NCBI GenBank assembly: GCA_002269645.1
Contig: NIVC01001866.1
Location: forward strand, 57,118-121,117
DNA: 64,000 bases
Source: Macrostomum lignano
Lineage: Eukaryota
Direction of reading: 5' to 3'
Of this stretch, positions 50,546 through 60,973 are shown piece by piece. The notes beneath the pieces were generated by a model. It had not been told where the DNA came from, did not search any database, and worked only from the letters and a program-made list of their open reading frames with translations. Each line of letters opens with the position of its first letter. The stretch's first letter is position 1. A program made the position numbers and the translations under genes.

Positions 50546-52261
50546 ATGTATGGCAAGACAATCGTCAGTGTGTTTGTGAAGCCTGTTTACGAAGACTCAA
50601 CCAAGAACTCCCTCTTATCGAAAACTAACCCACAATTTGTCCATCGAACATCATTGTTTCGATTTTGTGGCTACACAAACAAACAACTGAAATTCAAGCA
50701 CCTGCATTGTCTGCATTTTCACAAAGTTTAGGCTCTTGAAAAAATATTTCGGTCGATCCAAGGCCATAAAAGTCGGGATTGTGTTACATGTAGTTTTTGG
50801 TTAGTGAAACTGCATGCTCAGAAAAGTGGGGAAATCTGTAATTTGGGGGAATGTGTATTTTGGGAAACGTGAAACTTGGGGAATGAGTAATTTCGGGAAT
50901 GTGAAATTTGGGTATGTGGAATTTCAGGAATGTGTAATTTCAGGAATGTGTAATGGGGGAGTGCAATGTGGGGAACGTGTCATTTGGGGAATGTGTCATT
51001 TGGGGAATGTGTCATTTGGGGAATGTGTCATTTGGGGAATGTGTCATTTGGGGAATGTGTCATTTGGGGAATGTGTCATTTGGGGAATGTGTCATTTGGG
51101 GAATGTGTCATTTGGGGAATGTGTCATTTGGGGAATGTGTCCTTTGGGGAATTTGTCATTTGGGGAATGTGAAATTTTGGGAATGTGTCATTTGGGGAAT
51201 GTGAAATTTTGGGAATGTGTCATTTGGGGAATGTGTCATTTGGGGAATGTGTTCTTTGGGGAAATTTGGGATTGTGACGTCGGGTGTCATTGTGGAACAT
51301 GAGGCGCCCTTCTATTAGGCGCTTGTTAATTAGTTGAGCAAAGCACCCCTTGAAAGTTTAACCCCTCGGATTAGCTACTGAATGAATCGATCCGGGTCCT
51401 CTGGCACATGAGTACGATGCAATACCGCCTGGGAAGGCGGAGCTGCTCATCCAGAGTAGCAACTATTCTTAGTTTGGATGACGCGCAGACGGTTTTTGAT
51501 TTGAGGAATTTTTGTTCCCTCGCTATACGGTTCGATTTGTGTCGAAGCCGGGGAGTTTCCCATTTCATTAGAAGAAAGGGGATTCCGGAGCACAAAATAA
51601 ACGATGCTGCCGTTATTCGTTTCAGATTTTCAAGCGTACGCACAAAAATATCCAACATTTTCGTCATTATTTCCTATCCAAGCAAGCACGCAACACTCGG
51701 TAAGTAAAACAGCCACATGCGACTTTCAATATCTATCGATTGTTTGAGCAGCTTGTTAGTGAAATTTTCTACTAGGTGGCAAGCCAGAGGCGCATGTGTA
51801 AAAAATTTTGACTTTTGTTTCATATTTTCACACGAGGGACGCTCTGAGGGATTATGCAGTGCAATACGGCTAAACTAGCCGTCTGATTCTTCAATTAGAA
51901 GCATCTTCTTTATACCTGAGTTTTAACTGCACAAGCCAATGTCGCTTTTCCGCGCCTTGAATGCAAGAATGAGAAATTCCTGCGGTTTTCCTCAGTTTTA
52001 TTGCAAGCTCATAAGCGGCCAGCCATTGATCGACAGCTCAGCCAATGGAATTTGAGCCCAAGGAAGAATATTTTAAGCCGCGAAAGCAGCAATAGGAAGG
52101 AAGCGCAGACGGAGCAACGACGGATAGCGAGCAGTCAGATTGGAGTCTCGCCTGCTTCTTGCAAAATTTCGACACAAAAATTGACGAGATTATGCCTCAC
52201 TAATTGACGCCAGCAGCCCTCAGTACCGCCTGCCACTGTGCGCCAGCTCCGATCAAGAATT

Positions 52262-53671
52262 ATGCAGGAGCAGCGAGTCAGACGCGAATTTCTGGACAGC
52301 CTCGATCAATACAATCGAAACCTGAGCCAGCGCCTGCGGCAGGCTACGCCGCCGGGCCAGTTCGAGCTTAACTCGGTCAACTCCAGCAGTTCGCTGCCAA
52401 ATGCCTCTTCTCTATTGTCTTTCGGAGTTTGTAATGACACCAATGGGACAACGACGCTAGCAGAGTCCTCGTGTCCCTCCTGGTGGGTGGACAGCCTGCG
52501 CTGGATGCAGGGCGTGTTCACCACCCTGGGCCTGGTGGGCAACTTCCTTGTCATCCTGACTCTGCTGAGGCGGCGCTACCAGTCGAAGTTCGCCTCGGCC
52601 GTGTTCCTGCACCAGACGCTCATGGACTTCATGGTTTGCGTTGCAACCTTAATACTGCTAGTGAAGCCGTCGCAGAATCCGACCGACAATATTAGCGTAG
52701 GCTTCCTCCTGTGCCATGTGGTTGCCAGCCAGCTTCTATACTGGTACTTTGTGTTCAGCAGCGTTCAGAACCTCATCCTCATAGCCATCGACCGTTTCTT
52801 CGCTGTGTTCAAGGCAGTCAAGTACAAAATGCTCAACTATCGAAGCGCCGCAGTTCATCTTCTGGTGCTGCACGGCTACTCCCTGTTGGTGAACATCATC
52901 GACGTCTTCTCAGTGGAATTCGACGCCGATAACAATCTGTGCAGCACGGAAATCACCAGCCAGGTGTTTAAGAAGGCGTTCCGTGTGTACGGCTTTGTGT
53001 GGTTTTTCCTGGTGTACCTGGGGCCCGTGGCCGCTGTGGTTTGCCTGTATACGGCTATAATTTACCGGCTGGGCAATCGCGGCATACAGACCAGCCGGTT
53101 TCGCCAGCGGGCAGCCACGGAACTGACAAAGTCTGCGGTGATCATCACCGGCATTTTCATAGTGTGCTTCAGCTACGACTGCATCTACTACCTGCTGGGC
53201 CACCTCGACCTGGTGCAGTACGTGTACAACTCGCCCACCCAGCTGATCGGGGTGGCCCTGGTGACTCTGAACTCGTGCACGAATCCGGTGGTCTATTGCA
53301 TCATAATGCAGTCGTTCCGCCAGCGCATGATGTCGGCCGTGTTCTGCTGCTGCGCCAACCTGCGGTGCCCGGGTGCGTCCGCGGCCGCAGCCGATGTCAG
53401 AGGCGGTGGAAGAACCACCGGCAAGGATGGAGGTGCCGCAGCGCGTCGAGGTCGCATCAGCGATGAGGACGAGGACGAGGAGGAAGACGAACTGGCAGGC
53501 AAGGCGGCGGCGGCGTCGGCAGCGGCGGGTGCAGCGGCGGGGGCAACGACTTGCTCGGCGAAGGTGACAGCGACAACGGTGGAAGTGCACGCCATGGAGG
53601 TGCAAAATGGCGGCGGCGGCGGCTTCCTGTTAACGAGTCGAAATTCGGTCAGAAATAACGGCACGGGTTAG
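52262..53671 (+). CDS. Intronless class A GPCR, copy 2 (469 aa from the first ATG)
   Basis: Same motifs as copy 1; differs by 11 substitutions and a 2-Gly insertion in the supplied translations. Confidence 0.93.
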   Translation: MQEQRVRREFLDSLDQYNRNLSQRLRQATPPGQFELNSVNSSSSLPNASSLLSFGVCNDTNGTTTLAESSCPSWWVDSLRWMQGVFTTLGLVGNFLVILTLLRRRYQSKFASAVFLHQTLMDFMVCVATLILLVKPSQNPTDNISVGFLLCHVVASQLLYWYFVFSSVQNLILIAIDRFFAVFKAVKYKMLNYRSAAVHLLVLHGYSLLVNIIDVFSVEFDADNNLCSTEITSQVFKKAFRVYGFVWFFLVYLGPVAAVVCLYTAIIYRLGNRGIQTSRFRQRAATELTKSAVIITGIFIVCFSYDCIYYLLGHLDLVQYVYNSPTQLIGVALVTLNSCTNPVVYCIIMQSFRQRMMSAVFCCCANLRCPGASAAAADVRGGGRTTGKDGGAAARRGRISDEDEDEEEDELAGKAAAASAAAGAAAGATTCSAKVTATTVEVHAMEVQNGGGGGFLLTSRNSVRNNGTG

Positions 53672-56600
53672 CACTGTCTGAGCTGCCTCCGCCCTTCCTT
53701 ACCAGTATGGACAGTTAGAAAAAAATGCACTTTAGAATTTAAAAGATGTCGAAATCGAATGCTTGTGTCTGTGTAACCCCGCTTTTAATTATTTACAAGT
53801 TACTGCCGTTGTAGAGTTTCTTATCAACTCAATTGGCGGAGTCAAAGGCAAATTGTTTTTCATGCTGAGTGGCTGACTAAGTTACGCAGTTGAATAGTCA
53901 CGTGATCCGCTAGGCAATAAGCAAGGCAGCTCTGCTCAAATTCGGCTGTTGTCCGTCTCTAATTTATCGAATAAAGCGCCCACATCCCTAGAAACTCGTT
54001 TCCTGTTGATTTGGAGTTTTCTCTTCATAATAGTCATACGAGCTCGAACTTCGCTTCGTTTGCTCAGGCTGGATGAAGCCCCCCTCCTCCCCCAGCCTCC
54101 CCAGATCGGAGACTCGGCTTTTAATGTGCGATTCTGTCTTTTTATTTAAAAAACGCAGGCTCTCCATTGATTGTTAGCTGTTGTGAGCCGCCAGTCCCGC
54201 CATCCCCAAGGAGTGGCATCGGCAGGCGCAGAGGAAATCATCAATATTTTATTAAATATATTTTCCAAGCTTTAATGCGCTCGTGACTGATTATCAAGAA
54301 ATTTTCCTTTTGAATTGAATCCAGAATTCGTTCAAAGAGCCACATTTTAATAAAAATTGAGTAGCAGGCGCAGGTTAAAGAAAAAATTTCCGTTTTCAAG
54401 AGCAATTACGACTTTTGAGTAGCTCAGCTCGGCTATGAGGGCAATTAGAAGTCACGTTCCGCTTGTCGCCGAAGGCGTCTGGACGATCAATGCCTTGAAT
54501 TTTTATTCGGTTTAGAAGATTTCTCAGTCATGAACTCTCTCTCTCTCTCTCTCCCTCTCTCTCTCTCTCCCTCTCTCTCTCTATCATGGGCGAAGCGTCG
54601 ATAGATATTGATTCGCTCTTCCCGTAGGGATGTCGCTTCTCTACAGAGAAGAAACTGAAGGATCACCTGGCAGCTCGAGAGAAAATTTATAGATCTAAAT
54701 TGAGACTAACTACTGAAGCTTAAGGCTTCGATAATTACAAGGCAAAGAATGCACTTTAGTTCCGTCTCCACTGTTTAATCTGCTGTGTACGAGCGTCAGC
54801 TTCTTTGGGACTCCTTAAAGAGAAACTCCTTAAATAGATTTAGACAGTGCTTCGAGAAAGTCATTCTGTCTGTGGACACTTACCGCAAGTCATTCTGTCT
54901 GTGGACACTTACCGTGACATTATACTTACTTGTTTATGGATATGTATATGGATACTTCTACGGCAGTATCATGTGTCTATGGATACTTCTACGGCAGTAT
55001 CATGTGTCTATGGATACTTCTACGGCAGTATCATGTGTCTATGGATACTTCTACGGCAGTATCATGTGTCTTTTGGATGTGTCTATAGATAATTCTATGG
55101 CAAGACAGTCGTCAGTGTGTTTGTGAAGCCTGTTTACGAAGACTCAACCAAGAACTCCCTCTTATCGAAAACTAACCCACAATTTGTCCATCGAACATCA
55201 TTGTTTCGATTTTGTGGCTACACAAACAAACAAATGCAATTCAAGCACCTGCATTGTCTGCATCTTCACAAAGTTTAGGCTCATGAAAAATATTTCGGTC
55301 GATCCAAGGCCATAGCGCTGCTTTCTTCCATGTATAATTGATGAGCAAGGAGGGCGGACAGGCCGGCACTATTCGCGAACCGAGGCGAAGGCATTGATCG
55401 CCTGGAGTTCGCGAGTAGTGAGCGTTTGGGAGTGCGTTGAGAGGATGCTGGGGGATCAGTAGCAGCAGCCCCCAAGGTCTGGTGTATAAGCAACCCGCGG
55501 CAAAAATTAATTCTCCCTTTTCACTCTCTCTCCCATTCCTGCCCCAAATGCTTAGCGGTCCCGAATGGCGTGTTCCTAATTCGTAATATATAATGGGAAA
55601 TGTGCATGCGAAGTGTTCGAAAGTCTAAAAACTGCAAGCCACTGAGGCGTGAGCTGCCTAAGCGTTGAGCAAGACGGATGCCTCCAACCCCCCCCCCCTA
55701 TACCGAAGAGCCTTCGCCCAAGATGCACTTTATGCCGGGCTTGGCAGGGATGCGTGCCGCCGCGGGTCCATTGAAAGGGTCTTCCGGTTGCATTATTCGG
55801 CATCGGGCAAGACAATGCCAAGCTGCTTCCGCGGGCCCGGTTGCGAAGGATTGCATACTCGTATAGCCCTGCGGCTACGGGAAGTCGAAGCAAGTCCACT
55901 CGATGAGCAAGAGATTATGCATAGAGAACTATTGTATTGGCCGAGCGCACTACTATATAGACTAATTAGCTTGGCCGTGTTCCAGCTTTTGTAAGGCGTG
56001 ACGTAACGGAAGTACAAGCGTATCATGTCAAGACTGGTCTAGTTTCGCGGAAAATAACATGCATTTTGCTCTGCCGGGGTGCCACTAAGGTGCTTCTAGC
56101 TGGACAGTCAGCCGCAGTGCGCTTTGCTTGTGAACTGCCACTGAGATATGCAGATGAACTCTAGCGCGGCATTTCACGGGAGTGGATGAGTCTGAAACTC
56201 ACAGAGCCCTGCTCCTAGCTCCAGATTTTAATTGCTCTTGAATTTTATGCTCCCACCATGTCAGGTACTCTACCACGTTACACTGTCGTGAGACAAATTA
56301 TTAGTACATTAAACTACACCGCGTTTAAGTTGATGTACTTTTATAGACTATCGCGATGACAGTGTGAGTGCTGTTCAGCAACTAGAGAATGCATTGTGGC
56401 GATGATTGGAGTCCTATCCGCGCGCACCTGTCAGGAAGTGGCGAATTCCCGCATTCCTGAAACATCAGTGCGCTTCAACCGGCCAGCACCACCCAGCCGG
56501 AATTCAGCCAGCTAACAAAATCCAGAATAGCATTTTTGCAGCACGCCAGCGCCAAAGCCAGCTTTTAGAGGCTGCCTGCCTGCCATCATTTTGATGCGGC

Positions 56601-58817
56601 AAAATGTGCTTTCCAGCTACGAACGGCTTTGAAGCATTCTTGCTGCATTTAGAGAAAAATGAATGAAGATAACATAACGGATAAACACTGTTTTATCTAG
56701 TCATTTTTAGAGGTTGATTTATCACCATCATCATCAGAGGCTGATTGACAGAAAAAAACAGTGCATAGAATTGGCCTGATAATCTCTAGCCAGATGAATA
56801 TTTAGGGACTAAGCCTAGTATTTCTCGCTATTTTCGCGGGTTGCCCAAGCTAAACAAGTTAAAAGTTAAAAGAACTTGTCAATGCATCGATATTTATTTC
56901 TATACAATAGACTCAACAACAAATGCAATGAGATGCAGCATGAATATTGCAGAGACCTTTTTGAAAGTTCGAATCACAGATTCTAGACTGGAGATGTGTC
57001 ATTCCAGAATTCGCAAGTGTATTGAGCGGCAGTCTCCGAGACCATGTCCGACTGATTTTAAAGCTTTTCAGGTGCTTTTATTTAAGTGATAACGCTTGAG
57101 GAGCAACAGAAGCCACAGTCTATGGTCTGAACCCCGGGTTTTTGCGCTACGGCGTGGTGTTTGATACATTTCGCAAATTACAAGTAAACAGGCACAAGCG
57201 ACAAGAGTTACAAGTGCGACGGTTTCATAGACCAAGTGTATAAATCGGATAGTGAACTAGAATGTCTATGGCCTAAACATCGGGCGCAACTACAGCCGAC
57301 TTCCCCTTGGACCCTGGATATGCTCTCCGGCCGCAGAAGTCACGTGACTGGAAGCGAGGGTGCCTCCGTCTACATGCAGAGTGCCTATAACGTAACAATA
57401 CCACAGCAAGGCATCGTGTCGGGACTGTAGCAGAAGGAGGAAAAATCTGACACCTTACTTCCTGAACAAAAAAATTGCGAATAAAATTGCCATATATCGA
57501 TTGTGCTCTACAAGGAGTATCAGTTGGCTTAAAGTAGGCGTAGCAGGTGTGTGCGTGCGGTGCGAAGTGTATAGGATTTTGCAGCCAAGATCAGTTTGGC
57601 AATGAAGTAGGGTTACAGGGTGTGGCGGCAACCAGCATCAGGGAAATATAGACACGGGCACGAAGAGGCACACGAGACCCAGTCGGATTCAGACAAGTAG
57701 CTACTCGAACTAGACAGGCTTGAGCATTCAGGAAATAAAGGGCCGAGAAGAAATTACAAGCAGCCGAGACGGCAAAGCAGACGAGGGATGCGTGAAGTGT
57801 CTCAAAGACAAGAAGACTTGTTGGCAGCTTTGAGGCGACAAGCAAGCCAGGACAGATGGAATCAGGAAAAGGAAGAGAAACAGGAGACGGGAGAGAGGGG
57901 AACGCACGCGATGCAGAGGCTGAGCATGAAGTGGCTCGATGAGGAAAGTTTTTGATGCTGCAGCCCACCTCAAGCTCGCGCTAGTGCTCAGCTGTCTAAA
58001 GCGGGCTAAAAGTTCCCGACCCCCCGCAGCTCAGGGGAGCAGATCGAAGGAGAAGAGGAGAGTTCCTGGCGGGCGGGAGAGGCGGCCACTTGACGTTGGC
58101 AGTGTCTCCGCCGACTGCTTAAGTGTCTCTCAAACCGGTCCCGACCCTGCTGTCAGCCTCCTGCTGGCTAACTTAAAGAAAAATGACAGCGGGGCTGCAG
58201 CTAGCGGCTCCGGTTAGCGTAATGTCTGTCTTTCCCGCGTGCTCCTTAATTAGCTTGAACCGGCTGATGCAACATGGCAGTCGGGCAGCTCAGATGAAGA
58301 GTCTTTTAGTGGCTTTTTTACCTATTGAGACTAAAATTAAACTCGATGGTTTTAACATTCTGATTTTTTAAGCTGCTTCCAGCAACTACGACTGAGAAGT
58401 AAAAATTATGCAAGGGTAGCTGTGGCCTTTTAATAGTGCAAACAGTGTATTACCGGTTTTGGCAAACTTTTCTAAGGCTAGATATTGTAGATAACCTGAT
58501 AGATAGATAAATAGATAGATAGATAGTAGATAGCGAGAAAGAGCGAGCGAAGCGAGCTCTTTCGAGCTTGCTTGCCGCAGCCAATCAAGCTAAAAGCACG
58601 CACACAAGATCACCGGAAACGATTAAGGCAGCTGGAAAGCCAATGGGCGCGGTAAGCGCTTTTATCCAGAGGAACTACCTGCTGGAACCAGCCATGCCGA
58701 ACGAAAATCAGACTACTCAAGTAGTGCAAAAGAGTGCGTGCAACTACCGAGAAATCTAATTTTCGTAACCGCTCCGGTGCAGGTCCTGGCAATAGATAGT
58801 AGATAGCGAGAAAGAGA

Positions 58818-59110
58818 AATTCCAGACAGTGTCCGGGTAGACTCCAGACAGTATCTTCCTAGATTCCAGACAGTATCCGGGTAGGTTCTAGACAGTATCT
58901 GGGTAGGTTCTAGACAGTATCCGGGTAGGCTCTAGACAGTATCCTAGTAGGTTCCAGACAGTATCCGGGTAGACTCCAGACAGTATCCGGGTAGACTCCA
59001 GACAGTATCCGGGTGGACTCCAGACAGTATCCGGGTAGACTCCAGACAGTATCCGGGTAGACTCCAGACAGTATCCGGGTGGACTCCAGACAGTATCCGG
59101 GTAGATTCCA
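58818..59110. repeat. 22-bp minisatellite (CCAGACAGTATCCGGGTAGACT)n
   Basis: Directly visible. Confidence 0.95.
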
Positions 59111-59779
59111 GAATTTATGGCATAGAAGCATGCAACAGTTTTGCTGCAGAAATCCAATAAAGCAGCAAGCATGTGATCATATCTAGGCAGAAGCCGGTCA
59201 CCCTGCGCTGCGACCGAATCTATAAGCCTCAAAATCTCTGCTGCGCCCCTTCGATCGAATAATCAAATTAGTCGCAGCTTCTTCAAACTGATGAAGCCGC
59301 TGGAAAATTTGGAATTCTGTCTCGAGGCAACAAGTCAGCTACACCTGCTCTAAACCAGCAGTTGCCATGTATGTGGAAAACACCCAAAAGTACAATTGTA
59401 GCCAAACACGAAGTTACTAGTGCGACACAATAACACAAAGTGTGGTTAACTAAATCTATAATTCGCTTTGACTTGAAGCCCTCAGTTGATTCAACACAAA
59501 CGGCTCTGTCATTAATGGCAAACGTAGAATTAAGCCTAGGCGCAAATTAATAGCAAGAAATGGCTGCACCAACTGATTCAATCGTTCTGTAGATAGAGAA
59601 CTTGCTTGAGGCTTGAGGTCTAATTATGGAGTTTGACAAAACTTCTAGATACGAGGCTCGTATGTATTCTTGAGTAATAATACGATTAATTCATTGTTAA
59701 TGCAAGCACACATTTTCTTGATGGTTAGAAATCAAATTTTGTGTTCTTACGAGCGTATTAGAATCGATATGATGTTGGC

Positions 59780-60135
59780 TTGAGTGGGGTAGGGGTAGGC
59801 AGTAGGGGTGGGGGTAAGAGGGGTGGTGGCAGGCAGGAGGAGTGGGGCAGGCAGGAGGAGTGGGGCAGGCAGGAGTGGGGCAGGCAGGAGTGGGGCAGGC
59901 AGGAGTGGGGCAGGCAGGAGGAGTGGGGCAGGCAGGAGTGGGGCAGGCAGGAGGAGTGGGGCTGGCAGGAGTGGGGCAGGCAGGAGGGGTGGGGGTAGGA
60001 GGGGTGGGGCAGGCAGGAGGGGTGGGGGTAGGAGGGGTGGGGGTAGGAGGGGTGGGGGTAGGAGGCGGGGTAGTAGGGGTGGAGTAAGAGGGGTGGGGCA
60101 GGCAATAGGGGTGGGGCAGGCAAGAAGGGTGGGGC
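59780..60135. repeat. G-rich purine low-complexity tandem repeat (GGGGCAGGCAGGAGT / GGGGTGGGGGTAGGA variants)
   Basis: Directly visible. Confidence 0.92.
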
Positions 60136-60836
60136 AGACAGGAGATAAATCCACAGAAAAAAATAGACTGGCTTCTCATACTTATTGTAATTTACATAAA
60201 ACTGTATAGGTCACCCATGTCTCAGATTCAATTTATTGTACGAAAGCCAACTATGAGCAATGGACAATTTGCTGTCGAGGAAGCAAGCACACACTGCACT
60301 TTCGCAGTGCAGTGCAACACAGCTGGTTTGGACAGAATGGAAAGCAAGGAATCAAAGGTAACAGCAGAATGAATCAAATTCAACTCCTGATTATTCGGCC
60401 TGGTAGATCAAGAAGTGGATCGCGGATGTGGAGGGATGCAATCGGATTTCCGGGTAGTATCCGGCTGGATGAATTTGGGTGTCATGCTGAAGCCACAGTG
60501 GCCCTGGATGCTCTAGTGTCCTGAATTGGTGCTAGCGTTGAGCTTCGAGGAAACACTGAAATTTAGAAAGATGTTCTGGTTTGTAGAGAGTTGCAAGCCC
60601 AGTGGGTCGGCGCAGGCATCTCTAGTGGACTACCGAATGTCTGATGTAACATTCACTATAATATGCGGGCTGACCTTAGTGCCATAATAAGCCATAAAAA
60701 GCACTTTCAGGGGCGCATTTAACTGCGAACTGGTTAAGGCAACTAACTGACTTGTATCAAAAGTCAAAGTCAAACAATGTGCCGTAACTCTGCAGTCGGC
60801 TACATGCAGCCAGTGGGAAGCAACAGTGCAGTCGAA

Positions 60837-60932
60837 GGGGCAGAGCAGCTCAGTGGGGAGTTGTACACCCTGCGTGAGCGAGTGCCTGTGTATGTGTCCG
60901 AGTACGTGCTCGGGGCTCAGCGAAATGAGCGC
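60837..60932 (+). mobile_element. SINE family 2, short internally deleted copy, antisense to and just downstream of the K+ channel ORF
   Basis: GGGGCAGAGCAGCTCAGTGG is joined directly to TTGTACACCCTGCGTGAGC...GTGCTCGGGGCTCAGCGAAATG. Confidence 0.55.
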
Positions 60933-60973
60933 GACTTCTTGTCTCGTCTCTCGCTGTGACTTGCGGCAGCGGA

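Larger units (their letters stand above)
45679..55314 (+). repeat. Direct tandem segmental duplication: unit 1 45679-50764 (5086 bp), unit 2 50765-55314
   Basis: Paired ORFs at offsets 5086 and 5085; junction microhomology CATA. The length difference lies mainly in the CT and 31-bp arrays. Confidence 0.96.

Noticed and set aside
46285-51707. Identical 98-99-aa ORFs in both duplication units
   Set aside because: Non-ATG starts and no motifs; the identity only reflects the identical 5' segment of the duplication.
47825-53605. 231-aa antisense ORFs over the GPCR genes
   Set aside because: Shadow frames expected from GC-rich codon usage.
55576-58217. Several 60-125-aa ORFs between the duplication and the K2P gene
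   Set aside because: No recognisable domains and no consistent splice structure; one hydrophobic stretch (57728-57973) is insufficient to call a gene.
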